A stretch of 49,495 nucleotides of DNA from a virus (Duplodnaviria; Caudoviricetes). Numbering within the stretch: the stretch's first letter is position 1; every line of letters begins with the position of its first letter. The stretch lies in IMG/VR virus record IMGVR_UViG_3300020042_001945, positions 1 through 49,495 of that record. The stretch is one strand, 5' to 3'. The translations under genes were made by a program, and so were the position numbers. The notes beneath the pieces are model-generated. The model saw only the letters and a program-made list of their open reading frames with translations. It was not told the DNA's origin and did not search any database. Shown here one piece after another: positions 19,242 through 29,106 of the stretch.

Positions 19242-21251
19242 ATGGCTGAAAACTTTACAGCAAAACAAAAGGAAGTCATCGCTCGTAAGATGGGATATGA
19301 AGGTCCAATGCAGGGCTTTGACATGTTTCTTAATAGCTCACCAGCGCTGGCTTCTAAATTCAACTCTGTCACTGACAAGTATGTTGCCAAGATGGCTAGG
19401 GGTGGTGTTGTTCGTAAGTATGCTGAGGGCGGTGATGTAGATAAATTTGGTAATCCAATAGCACAATCATCAGGTAATCCACTTGGTGAAAATAGCACTC
19501 AAGTTGTTGTATATGGTCCTGATGGAAAAGCATATGGTAATCCACAGATTGCACGAGCAGCTGGCGTAACCAATTACACTATGACACAACCACAAGCCGG
19601 TGGTGTCACTGGTGGTGGTGATGTTAGATATACAGACATTGGTGGTAAGCCAATTGCTGGCGAACCGGCTGCTGTAACTGCTGCTTTAAACCCTGTAACA
19701 CCAGAACAAATTGTCAGGGATAGCACTGCACCAGCAACAGCAGCAACCTCAACAATTGCTCAAGCAACACCAGCAACAGCAGCGGTGGCAACACCAACAG
19801 CACCAGCATCCACTGTAACCACTACAGCGGCTGCTCCTGCCATTCAAACAGCTTTGGCTGGGGTAGCACCAGCCACTGGTCAAATGACTCCTGAAGCCAT
19901 TGTACAGGCTCAGCAAGGCACTGTGTCACAAGGAGCGTTGGCAACAGCAGCACAAGGCACAGCTACTAAAGTGGTTGCTCCTGCTGAGCGTGTTGCTCAG
20001 GCTGGTGAAATGGTTTCTGGCAGTGGTGTTGATATGGCTAAGGCTGAAGAAGCTTTGGCTAGAAGTCGAGCAGAAACAGCACAGGGTGTTGTCACTGATG
20101 AAATGACTGTGCAGGGTCAGCTTAATAAGCTGATGACAGACTTTGATGCTGGCAAGCCACCACCTTGGGCTGCTGCCACCATGCGCTCAGCTACAGCAGC
20201 ATTGGCTGCTCGTGGATTGGGTGCTTCTAGTCTGGCTGGTCAAGCCATTGTGCAAGCTGCTCTGGAAGCTGCTACACCCATTGCTGCTGCTGATGCTAAA
20301 GTGTTTGAACAGATGGGTCTGCAAAACCTTTCCAATCGTCAGCAGATGGCTGTGCTTTCAGCACAACAACGGGCAGCATTCATTGGTCAAGACTTCGATC
20401 AAACCTTCCAGAGTAAGGTGTTGAACGCTGCCAAGATATCTGACATTGCCAACATGAACTTTACGGCAACTCAACAGATTGCTCTTGAGAATGCCCGTCT
20501 TGCTCAGACAATGGACTTGGCAAACCTGTCCAATCAACAAGCAGCAATCATGGCAAATGCTGCCACTATTGCTAATATGGATTTGACCAATCTAAGCAAT
20601 CGTCAGCAAGCTGCCGTCCTTAATGCCAAGAGCTTTCTTGAAATGGATATGCAGAACTTGCAGAATGAACAACAGACTACTTTGTTTAAAGCACAGCAGA
20701 TTACTACATCTTTGTTGTCTGATGCCGCTGCTGAGAATGCTTCTAAGCAATTCAATGCTAGCAGCGTTAATCAATCAAATCAATTTAATGCCAACTTAAC
20801 TACACAAGTTAGTCAGTTTAACACTGCTCAGCAGAATGCATTGAGTCAGTTTAATACAGATCAAACAAACTCCATCAGTAAATTTAATGCTGAAGCACAG
20901 AACTTGCGTGATCAGTTTAACAGCACACAGCGCCTTGTCATTGATCAGTCTAATGTTCAATGGCGGCGTGAGATTAGCACAGCAAACACTGCTGCCACCA
21001 ACGCTGCCAATTATGTTAATGCACAGAACTTGCAAGCAATGACATTAGCAGAGTATAATAATGCCACTCAACTGTATCGTGATCAAATTGAAATGGCATG
21101 GAGCAGCTACGAGAAAGAAGCAGATCGCGCTGTAGAAATAATTAAATCACAGATAACATCAAGTGCTACAACTTCTGCTGCTAAACAGGCTTCCAACGAC
21201 TCACTATGGACTGCTATTGGTTCTCTTGCACTTCGTTGGGCTTTGAAATAA
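19242..21251 (+). CDS. Internal virion (ejection) protein, Gln/Ala/Asn-rich
   Basis: ATG 19242 after AAAGG; NLSN.QQA and QFNA repeats; MARGG and YAEGG motifs. Confidence 0.7.
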   Translation: MAENFTAKQKEVIARKMGYEGPMQGFDMFLNSSPALASKFNSVTDKYVAKMARGGVVRKYAEGGDVDKFGNPIAQSSGNPLGENSTQVVVYGPDGKAYGNPQIARAAGVTNYTMTQPQAGGVTGGGDVRYTDIGGKPIAGEPAAVTAALNPVTPEQIVRDSTAPATAATSTIAQATPATAAVATPTAPASTVTTTAAAPAIQTALAGVAPATGQMTPEAIVQAQQGTVSQGALATAAQGTATKVVAPAERVAQAGEMVSGSGVDMAKAEEALARSRAETAQGVVTDEMTVQGQLNKLMTDFDAGKPPPWAAATMRSATAALAARGLGASSLAGQAIVQAALEAATPIAAADAKVFEQMGLQNLSNRQQMAVLSAQQRAAFIGQDFDQTFQSKVLNAAKISDIANMNFTATQQIALENARLAQTMDLANLSNQQAAIMANAATIANMDLTNLSNRQQAAVLNAKSFLEMDMQNLQNEQQTTLFKAQQITTSLLSDAAAENASKQFNASSVNQSNQFNANLTTQVSQFNTAQQNALSQFNTDQTNSISKFNAEAQNLRDQFNSTQRLVIDQSNVQWRREISTANTAATNAANYVNAQNLQAMTLAEYNNATQLYRDQIEMAWSSYEKEADRAVEIIKSQITSSATTSAAKQASNDSLWTAIGSLALRWALK

Positions 21252-21259
21252 GGACAAGT

Positions 21260-21469
21260 ATGAGCTACTATAAAATAATGAAACAGGTGGATGAAAAGAT
21301 TTCTGCCGCTAAAGCCTCAAAGAAAGCTGATTTAACTGGAAGCGGTTTGCTTGCCAGAACTAAGTTTCCTGTTGGACCAACAAGAGGCACTGATATAACT
21401 GATGAAATTGCTTCTTACATTGACACTATTCGCACACGCAAAGAGGAGCTTTTAAATGGCAAAGATTGA
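21260..21469 (+). CDS. Small hypothetical virion-module protein
   Basis: SD AAGGA before ATG 21260; contains GSGLLAR. Confidence 0.65.
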   Translation: MSYYKIMKQVDEKISAAKASKKADLTGSGLLARTKFPVGPTRGTDITDEIASYIDTIRTRKEELLNGKD

Positions 21470-21944
21470 TTTTCTTAGTGCTCCAGTTCCCGGCATGTCG
21501 CTTACAACGGAACCCGGCAATCGTCCGTGGGAACAACCTCCACAGCTTACTAAGTTGTCTGAGGTTGTTGACTATTACACTGACCGCTTAACTGAACCAG
21601 AACTTGTCGATGCCTTGATGGATGCAATATCTAAAGATGCACCCGTTCATGAAACGGTTATGGGGCTAGTTAACTATTCTGTAATGAATGGTGTTCACAG
21701 TGTTGACACTGGTATGATGGTGTCTGTTGTTGTTGTTGAAATGATTAAAGCTCTTGCAGAACTCAACGGCATTGGCTACATCTTAACAGCAGACGATGGA
21801 GAAAAGATGAATAAGGTTGATGATAAGATTGCCCGTGATGCAATTAGGGAAGTTACACAAGCAGCAACTCAGCCACCTCCAGCTAAGGAAGAAGTGCCTG
21901 AGACTGTAACAAGTCGTGGCCTGATGGCTAAAGGAGCAAAATAA
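21456..21944 (+). CDS. Conserved hypothetical virion protein
   Basis: APVPGMSLT.EPG.RPWEQPP N-terminal motif; ends SRGLMAKGAK. Confidence 0.7.
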   Translation: MAKIDFLSAPVPGMSLTTEPGNRPWEQPPQLTKLSEVVDYYTDRLTEPELVDALMDAISKDAPVHETVMGLVNYSVMNGVHSVDTGMMVSVVVVEMIKALAELNGIGYILTADDGEKMNKVDDKIARDAIREVTQAATQPPPAKEEVPETVTSRGLMAKGAK

Positions 21945-23332
21945 TGGGGTTCTCTTTAAAAGGACTTATCACTGGCATTGCAACAACTGCCGGTGATATT
22001 ATGGATGAAGAGCGTAAGCAGACTAATGCTCTCATTGCTCAACGCACTAAGAATTCTTTTGAAAACTATAATAAGTATCAAGAGACTACAGAAGCGCTTC
22101 GTGCTGACATCAAGAAGAGAGATGCACAGCTTCTGAATTTTCAACCTGATTTGAATGAGGAAGAGCGCATTGCTGCTGCCGGTGTTCCAAATCTTGTTGA
22201 CATGTATCAGCAGATGCTTGCACAGGGTAAGCAGGTTACAGTTCGTGACATGATTAAAGTTAGTGGCAAGGCAGCTGGCATGAAGTTTGAAAACTATGTC
22301 GCTGAGATTGGTAAGATAGCCCCTACTGAAACTGCCGCTGCTCCAGTGTCTACAAAGTTCTTTGGTCCTTCTGCTGATACTCAGCGTAAGATGGCTGAGA
22401 AGACCGCTATGGCAACAGGTGTTCCAGAGTCTGAATTGCGTAGCTTTGAGCGTATGCCAACCACTGCCAATGTTCCGTCTATGGGCAGCATTAACACTGA
22501 GGTGTTTAAGAAAGAACCAAAGAAACCTACATCCGTTGAAGATGCTTACAACATGTCACAGCTTGACATGATGAATGCTCAACGTGATAAGGGTGTAGAT
22601 AGCCCTGAGTTTAAGCAAGCAAAAGCCAATCGTGATTTGGCAAATACTTATCTCACTTCTGTTTCTGAAACTCTTGGCAAACGCGCTGATCGTCTTCGTA
22701 CTGAGCTTCTTGATGTGGGTGACGATGCTGCTAAGAAGAAACAGTTGACTAATGAGATTGCAAGAGTTGAGAATAGTATGAAGGCTCATTCTTTGGCAAT
22801 CTCTACTAAAGATTCTACCAGTGATGCTGATAAAAAGAAAACATATAACGCAATTAAAACTAGCGTAGATGATTTTGTTAACACTCGTATGCGAGAAGAT
22901 GAGGGTGCTTCATGGCGCAAGTATGTTGATTTTAAAACAACTAAAATGGAAGATGGTACAACCTATGTAAGTCGTACTCAGAAAGCTGAGATGCCACCTG
23001 AAGAACAGCGGAAGATGTTTGCTGCTGAACGGACGCTAGCTAAACAAGCTTTGGTGAGCAACGGATATGTTAGCCCTACAGGCGTTCCACTTTACAACGC
23101 TGTTGCTGAAATCATGAATAATAGGAATATTAAATTTGATCAAGTTGAACCAGCAGCAACACCAGCAGCGACTCCTGCTGCTCGACCAGCTGCAACACCA
23201 GCGCCATTAACTACACCAGCAACAGCAGCACCATCAACTGTTGTCAAAGTTACGACACCAAATGGTACGGTAATGGATTTTCCAAATCAAGCAGCAGCAG
23301 ACGCATATAAGAAAAAGGCAGGTATTAAATAA
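21944..23332 (+). CDS. Internal virion protein
   Basis: 462-aa helical ORF, TAATG-coupled, PAAT repeats near C-terminus. Confidence 0.65.
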   Translation: MGFSLKGLITGIATTAGDIMDEERKQTNALIAQRTKNSFENYNKYQETTEALRADIKKRDAQLLNFQPDLNEEERIAAAGVPNLVDMYQQMLAQGKQVTVRDMIKVSGKAAGMKFENYVAEIGKIAPTETAAAPVSTKFFGPSADTQRKMAEKTAMATGVPESELRSFERMPTTANVPSMGSINTEVFKKEPKKPTSVEDAYNMSQLDMMNAQRDKGVDSPEFKQAKANRDLANTYLTSVSETLGKRADRLRTELLDVGDDAAKKKQLTNEIARVENSMKAHSLAISTKDSTSDADKKKTYNAIKTSVDDFVNTRMREDEGASWRKYVDFKTTKMEDGTTYVSRTQKAEMPPEEQRKMFAAERTLAKQALVSNGYVSPTGVPLYNAVAEIMNNRNIKFDQVEPAATPAATPAARPAATPAPLTTPATAAPSTVVKVTTPNGTVMDFPNQAAADAYKKKAGIK

Positions 23333-26300
23333 TGGCAACTGACTACGAAGCGCTTGCGAAAGAGTTTGGTGGTGTGCCAGCACAGAGTGGTGCTTTTCGT
23401 AGCATTCGTTCTGATGCACCACAACCACTAACACCAGTGGCACCAGCCCCTGTTGACTATGAAGCAATGGCTGCTGAGTTCGGTGGTAAGAAGGCGCAAG
23501 AATCCATTACACCAGTTGTTGAAGGTGGTGGTGGCGCTGCCTTTGGTGTCTATCCAAAAGCTGGCATCAAGACTCCACTGACTGAGCCTAAGAAGCCTAT
23601 TGAAGTGGCAGCTACTAAAGACTTTACAGCGCTTGACACAGCCATTGAAACTCTGACACCAAAGCCGAAGGTTAGTACAACTGCGCCTGTTGAAGGTCCG
23701 GGTGGTGCAGCATTTGGTGTTGTGCCAAAACAACCAATGGGTGGTCGTAATCTTGGACTGACACCAGAGGTTGCTGCCAAGTCTCCAGAGATTGTTTCGT
23801 TTGCTAGAGACTATCTCAAAAGCCGTCAGCCAAATAATGTACAGCCTAAAGACCCTATTGAATTGATGAACCAGTTTCGTTCTTCATTCCAGCGAACAGC
23901 TGCTGAAGAGGTTACTGAGCTTACATACCTAGCAAACGCTACACCAGAACAACGGGAGATGTCTCTTAAGGCTCGTGATGTTGTTGGTAAGATGGGTGGA
24001 GATATTGGTGAAACTGTTATCACTGCACTCAAAGACCCATTCACTTATGTTGGCGTTGGTGCTGGCTTTATGTACAAGCAAGCAGCATTGCGTACAGCAC
24101 AATCGTTAGCAAGGACTCAGCTTAAGACAGCAGGTGTTACTGCCCTTACCGAAGGCGCTGTTGCTGGTGGTACAAACATTGTTAAACAGAAACAAGATAT
24201 TCAACTTGCTTTGCGTGATGAAGTTAGCTACATTGAAGTGGCTGCTGTTGCTGGTTTAAGCATGGCTATTGAAGGTGCTGTTGCAGCAAAGACTGTATCC
24301 GCTGGTGGCAAGCGTGTTGCTGAGCGTATTGAAGATTTGAAAGCAGATAAGAAAGCTCCTGCACTATACGACAAAGCAACAGAAGATTTCAAAGCTAAGT
24401 TTCTTCAAAAAGAACAAGAGATAACTGGCCCTGCTCCGCTGTATGAATCAGCAGCAGCGCGACAAGCAGGTAGAGAAGCAACACTAGATACTGTTGTACC
24501 ACCAAATTTTGGTGTATATCAAGCTGTTCTCAACAAGCCTATTGTTGATGACATCTTTAAAGTTGCCAAGCAACTCTTCGTTGACAATCCAGAACTGCGT
24601 CCCAACCTGAATGAAGTTAGAACAGTGCAGGGTATCATTGATGCTTTGAACATTGCAGATCAGGATGTAATACAACAAGCTGCTAGCCGTGCTGGTGTTA
24701 AGCCAGCAGACTTCTTAGAGATGTTTAAAGTGCAAGCATCAGAAGCTGGTGCCTTCCTGCAACAAGCTAAGTCCACTGCTGACATGCTGCGTAAGATGAC
24801 AGGTGGTGACCCTGTACTGGAAGATGCATTCACTCGTATGTTGAATGCTGGTGCTGGCACTGAGTATCTTTCTGGTAAGATTCTTGGGGGTATTAAGACT
24901 ACAACTGGTGCGTCTGTTGGTGCATCAACCGCTGGCCTTAGCACAGCCGTAATGAATGCCATTGGCTTGACAGGAACTATCGGTATCCAAACTGCTGGCG
25001 ACATCATGGAAGCCACCATTAAGTCTGCTGGTCGCATGGTCAATGACTTGCGTGGTGGTGGTGCTCCTGTCAATGCTGCTCGTGTTAAAGAAGAGATTGG
25101 CACCGTCTTTGCTGATGGTGGATATGTGTTATCTCGACTAATGGATGCTGGCTATACCAAAGAGTTGACAGCAATGGCGTTGAAGAATAACCCACGCCTT
25201 AACAATTTGATTACCAATGTTGGTGCTGAAGTTGAACAGCAGGGTGCTGGTGCTGTTGGAGATACTGTTCGTGCTCTTAACATCTTCAACCGTGCTGTTG
25301 ACGGTGTTGTTCGTGGTCCTATATTCTTGCAGAGTGTTAAGAATAGGATGAAGGATGTTGGTCTTGACTTTGAAGACTTCATGGCTAACGACAAACCTGT
25401 CCCCAGTTCTTTGCTGAAAGCTGCTGCTGAAGATACGATGAAGCTCACCTTCTCTTATGACTTTAAGAAGACAGGTGAGAAGGGTGTTGAAGGCTTTGCT
25501 GAAGACGCAGCATTCCGTATTCTTCAAAGCGTAAATCAGAACGCTGGCGCTGGTACTATCAAAGATATCATGCTTCCGTTTGTGCGCTTCCAATTGAATG
25601 CTGCTCGTTATACATATCGGATGACACCATTCAGCGGCATGGGTGGTCTTCAGGAGCTACAGAAAGCAGCGGCACTTCGTGCCGAAGGCAAGGTGATGGA
25701 AGCTGCTGGCATGGCCTATGACGGCAAGCGTAAGGTGTTGGACAGTGTGGTTGGTAGTGCTGCCATCTTGGGCGCTATGGCCTATCGTGAAGAGAATGCT
25801 GACACTCAGTTCTACCAGTACAAAGACAAAGATGGCAATGTCAAAGATGGCAGTGCTGTGTTCCCATATGTTAATATTATGGCATTGGCTGAAGCTGGCC
25901 TAGTCATGAAGGACATTGGTAAAGAGCTTTGGTATACCGTCAACATGACACCAGAGCAACGCTCTGTTGAGGCTGCTAATATTAAGAAGCAAGCTGACGC
26001 ATTGGATGTTAATGACCCACAGAAACAAAAGCTAACCAATCAATATGAGTTGCTTGGGCTGAGTCGTGTTCGATCATTTGACGGTGGCAAGTTTACAGAG
26101 TTGATGCTAGGCATGGGTCGTTCTGCTGGCACACAAAAGACCATCATTGATTCTGTTAAAGAAACAGTTGAAGGTGGTATCAGTGAAAGCATGGCTAAGA
26201 AGGGTGGTCAAATTACTGGTGATTTCATCAGCCGATTTGATAACTTCTTTAATCCAGTGTTTGATGCTGTTAACTTCTTGCTTGATGATATGCGGGTGGT

Positions 26301-26958
26301 GGATACCAAAGCATCGACAGCTTTGTCTGGTAAGGTATCACCATTTACTGAGGCTGCAATTGCAACAGTGGCAGCACCTATCCCTGTTGCTCGTGACATC
26401 TTGCAAAGCCGTCCTAGTTTGTTTCAAACTACTGACCAGCAAGTACCGGCTGTTGCTCGACAATTCACTGGCTCACGGCAATCAACACCGACAACTCCAA
26501 TTGAGAAAGAGTTGATTCGTTTGGACATACAACCGTTCACTGTGGTTAAGACAACTGGTAACAGGGACTACGATAATCTGCGTATCACTACAGCGCGACC
26601 AGCGTTTCTACCGGCTGTAACAGAGCTTATTACTAGCCCTGCCTACAAACAATTGTCTGCCGAAGAGAAGAGAAATGCCATCACCACTAGAATTACTAGC
26701 GCTTTGAATGAGTCTAAAGAAGCAGCTAGAGATACATTCATTTCTAGATTTGGTAATGCTGCTGTCAACTCGTTGTATGAGAAAGCACCGAACAAAGCAG
26801 CACAAGAGGATGCCTTTGTCAGTCAGTTCAAACGCAAACCTAAGACACCAATTGAGAAGATGATGATCATTGAGGGTGAGTTTAATAGAGCCACTGATAT
26901 TGGTAAGGCAAGAGGTGGTTTAATTTCTCAAACAGAAAAGATGTTAAGCATCCACTAA
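23332..26958 (+). CDS. Large internal virion (ejection) protein
   Basis: 1208-aa Ala-rich helical protein, last gene of structural arm; duplicated N-terminal motifs DYEA.A.EFGG and VEG.GGAAFGV.PK. Confidence 0.7.
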   Translation: MATDYEALAKEFGGVPAQSGAFRSIRSDAPQPLTPVAPAPVDYEAMAAEFGGKKAQESITPVVEGGGGAAFGVYPKAGIKTPLTEPKKPIEVAATKDFTALDTAIETLTPKPKVSTTAPVEGPGGAAFGVVPKQPMGGRNLGLTPEVAAKSPEIVSFARDYLKSRQPNNVQPKDPIELMNQFRSSFQRTAAEEVTELTYLANATPEQREMSLKARDVVGKMGGDIGETVITALKDPFTYVGVGAGFMYKQAALRTAQSLARTQLKTAGVTALTEGAVAGGTNIVKQKQDIQLALRDEVSYIEVAAVAGLSMAIEGAVAAKTVSAGGKRVAERIEDLKADKKAPALYDKATEDFKAKFLQKEQEITGPAPLYESAAARQAGREATLDTVVPPNFGVYQAVLNKPIVDDIFKVAKQLFVDNPELRPNLNEVRTVQGIIDALNIADQDVIQQAASRAGVKPADFLEMFKVQASEAGAFLQQAKSTADMLRKMTGGDPVLEDAFTRMLNAGAGTEYLSGKILGGIKTTTGASVGASTAGLSTAVMNAIGLTGTIGIQTAGDIMEATIKSAGRMVNDLRGGGAPVNAARVKEEIGTVFADGGYVLSRLMDAGYTKELTAMALKNNPRLNNLITNVGAEVEQQGAGAVGDTVRALNIFNRAVDGVVRGPIFLQSVKNRMKDVGLDFEDFMANDKPVPSSLLKAAAEDTMKLTFSYDFKKTGEKGVEGFAEDAAFRILQSVNQNAGAGTIKDIMLPFVRFQLNAARYTYRMTPFSGMGGLQELQKAAALRAEGKVMEAAGMAYDGKRKVLDSVVGSAAILGAMAYREENADTQFYQYKDKDGNVKDGSAVFPYVNIMALAEAGLVMKDIGKELWYTVNMTPEQRSVEAANIKKQADALDVNDPQKQKLTNQYELLGLSRVRSFDGGKFTELMLGMGRSAGTQKTIIDSVKETVEGGISESMAKKGGQITGDFISRFDNFFNPVFDAVNFLLDDMRVVDTKASTALSGKVSPFTEAAIATVAAPIPVARDILQSRPSLFQTTDQQVPAVARQFTGSRQSTPTTPIEKELIRLDIQPFTVVKTTGNRDYDNLRITTARPAFLPAVTELITSPAYKQLSAEEKRNAITTRITSALNESKEAARDTFISRFGNAAVNSLYEKAPNKAAQEDAFVSQFKRKPKTPIEKMMIIEGEFNRATDIGKARGGLISQTEKMLSIH

Positions 26959-26988
26959 AAAGAAAGCCAGCAACTAAGCTGGCTTTTT
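26957..26988. terminator. Bidirectional intrinsic terminator between convergent arms
   Basis: A-run + AAAGCCAGC-AACTAA-GCTGGCTTT + T-run, between the stops at 26958 (+) and 26991 (-). Confidence 0.9.
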
Positions 26989-26990
26989 CA

Positions 26991-27200
26991 TTACTGATGC
27001 ACTGGTTTGTGCTTGTCACTAACCCAATTGGTTAAATAGTGAATGTTCTCAAAGTAGGCAAAGTCAAACCCTCGCTGCCATTCCTTACCAGCAACGCTGT
27101 CAGGATTGTGAGCGTTCACTAACCATCCCTTGTAGAAAGCTTTATAGCCTTGCTCTGCTTGGATTCGCAGAGGTGGAAATCGTTCTGACTTAACCTGCAT
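26991..27200 (-). CDS. Small protein, weakly Rmf-like
   Basis: AEQGYKAFYKG...NP....KEWQRGF..A resembles the GY.AG..G...P...W..GW pattern of ribosome modulation factor-like proteins. Confidence 0.5.
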   Translation of the reverse strand: MQVKSERFPPLRIQAEQGYKAFYKGWLVNAHNPDSVAGKEWQRGFDFAYFENIHYLTNWVSDKHKPVHQ

Positions 27201-27483
27201 CTTTACTCTCCATCAGTCGTTCTGCCATCAAGTAGCCTTCAAGAGGCCACAGATTGTTTAGCGCATCCTCATACGCATACTTCTCACCAAGAGCTACATT
27301 GTATTTAGAAGCATCAACACAAGCGCTCTTACCTACAACAACATATCCGTTCTTCATGTAGATGAGACAGATTGTCAATGTACTATCAGGTGCTGTAGTG
27401 TAAATGATTTCTTTAATCTTTGCCGTCATACCAGTGATGTCAACAGCTGTTTTCTTTTCAGGTAGATTATTAGGATGGTTCAT
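27190..27483 (-). CDS. N4 gp49/Sf6 gp66 family protein (Acb4-like sponge candidate)
   Basis: TLTIC...KNGY.VVG.SACVD...YN..LGEKYAYEDA...LWPLEGY is the signature of this family. Confidence 0.8.
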   Translation of the reverse strand: MNHPNNLPEKKTAVDITGMTAKIKEIIYTTAPDSTLTICLIYMKNGYVVVGKSACVDASKYNVALGEKYAYEDALNNLWPLEGYLMAERLMESKDAG

Positions 27484-27956
27484 ATCATATCTTTCAAGCT
27501 AGAGATTTTGAGATTGTAACAATCAGATTTTACTGTATAACCATTACTGGAGTCAACAGTTCCTTTCTTCATAAAGACTGAATCAATCATGTATTGTTTC
27601 TTGTCATACATACCAAGATACCAGCCAACAGTGAAGTCATTCTTGACGCGAACAAAGCAGTAGTAGTCACACTCTTGAGTTGTATTAAGTGCAGCAATAG
27701 AGCACTCATATGTCTCAAGCGGTTTAACACTGGTCTGCTTTGTCTTTACATCAACAGTCTTGCCAGATGGTAACACAAGATCGTAGTCGTAGGTGTTGTT
27801 TAATTCGCCACCCAACACTTGCTGAGCTATCGATTCACCTATGAATCCCGCAATGTTACCAGCCCCTCTGATGATGCTGTTGTACAACCTGCCCATCTCT
27901 GCTGCCTTATCTCTTGCTTCGACCAGCATGGTGGCACTAACAGCAATCTCAATCAT
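27480..27956 (-). CDS. Putative PD-(D/E)xK nuclease-fold protein
   Basis: G.IGE helix, YDYDLV, VDVKTK motif. Confidence 0.6.
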   Translation of the reverse strand: MIEIAVSATMLVEARDKAAEMGRLYNSIIRGAGNIAGFIGESIAQQVLGGELNNTYDYDLVLPSGKTVDVKTKQTSVKPLETYECSIAALNTTQECDYYCFVRVKNDFTVGWYLGMYDKKQYMIDSVFMKKGTVDSSNGYTVKSDCYNLKISSLKDMI

Positions 27957-28152
27957 GCTTTCCCTTTGTTGATACACCAGCAAGTGTCTTCATTTCGATA
28001 AGAAGGTTCTCTAGTGGCTCAAGCTTTAATGCCCTGCAACACGATATGTAAATTGGATTAAACATCACACCGCTGTCGCTCTCTTCAGTGTAGTCTAAGT
28101 AATTGGTAAAGAACTCCGCTACCAGTTCTTTAAGGCGTTCACTATCACTCAT
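27949..28152 (-). CDS. Hypothetical protein
   Basis: ATGA overlap with nrdB stop; EESDSG..F.P..ISCCR. Confidence 0.65.
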   Translation of the reverse strand: MSDSERLKELVAEFFTNYLDYTEESDSGVMFNPIYISCCRALKLEPLENLLIEMKTLAGVSTKGKHD

Positions 28153-29105
28153 GCTGCTTTCCCCCATACATCATCCCATGTGCCAGTGGTGGCACCCTTG
28201 CTGTAGTCTGTAACACGCTGCTCAAAGAAGTTGGTGTGTGATGTTCCCAACATACCATCAACCCACGGCAGAGGATTCTTCTTGATCTTGTAGATGCCTT
28301 TCATCCCCATAGAGATCAACCGTCTGTCTGCAATGTAGCGGATGTACTGCTTCACTTCTTCTTTGGTAAGCTTCTCAACTTCCAACATACCAAAAGCAAG
28401 GTCAATGAAATTGTCTTCAATAGCCACCATTTCCTTAGCAATCTCTTTAATCTGTTCAGGTGTAGTCTCATCTTTGTGGTGTTTAACATACTCACGATAT
28501 ACCTTTATCATACCTTCAGCATGTTGTGTTTCATCAACAATAGACCATGCAATAATCTGACCCAACCCCTTTAGCTTACCATTTCGTGCGAAGTTTAGCA
28601 ACATAACAAAGCTGGAGAATAGCTGCATGCCTTCACCGAATGCGCTGATGGTGGCAATCTTTGCAGCCATTGGTGCGTCATCCAATCCTTGCACATAGTC
28701 ATGCTTCTCCACCATTTCCTTGTGCTGTAAGAACTCATTGTATGTAGACTCAGGCAATCCAAGTGTTTCAATCAAGTGAGCGTATGCTGCTACATGCAAA
28801 GCTTCGCGTGAGGCAAAGCCTGACAGCATCATCTTCACCTCTGGCTGCTTGAACACAGGGATGTAATGGTCATGGTATCCACTGCCAATATCCAGATCAC
28901 CCTGTACAAAGAAGCGAAGTATCTTTGTCAGAAACTCCTGCTCATCTTTGTTCAGCTTCTTGTAGTCTTTAACATCCTCAGACATTGGCACCTCAGTGTG
29001 CAGCCAATGGCTCTGCTCATGTTGTAGCCAAGCATCATATGCCCACGGATACTTAAACGGTTTGAATGTAATACGCTCTTCGGTAATGTCGCCAACTTTA
29101 TTCAT
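28149..29105 (-). CDS. nrdB: Ribonucleotide reductase class Ia beta subunit
   Basis: FKPFKYPWAY, FFVQGD, REALH..AY (radical Tyr), EG..LFSSF, DETQH, NFFE.RV.DY. Confidence 0.95.
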   Translation of the reverse strand: MNKVGDITEERITFKPFKYPWAYDAWLQHEQSHWLHTEVPMSEDVKDYKKLNKDEQEFLTKILRFFVQGDLDIGSGYHDHYIPVFKQPEVKMMLSGFASREALHVAAYAHLIETLGLPESTYNEFLQHKEMVEKHDYVQGLDDAPMAAKIATISAFGEGMQLFSSFVMLLNFARNGKLKGLGQIIAWSIVDETQHAEGMIKVYREYVKHHKDETTPEQIKEIAKEMVAIEDNFIDLAFGMLEVEKLTKEEVKQYIRYIADRRLISMGMKGIYKIKKNPLPWVDGMLGTSHTNFFEQRVTDYSKGATTGTWDDVWGKAA

Positions 29106-29106
29106 A

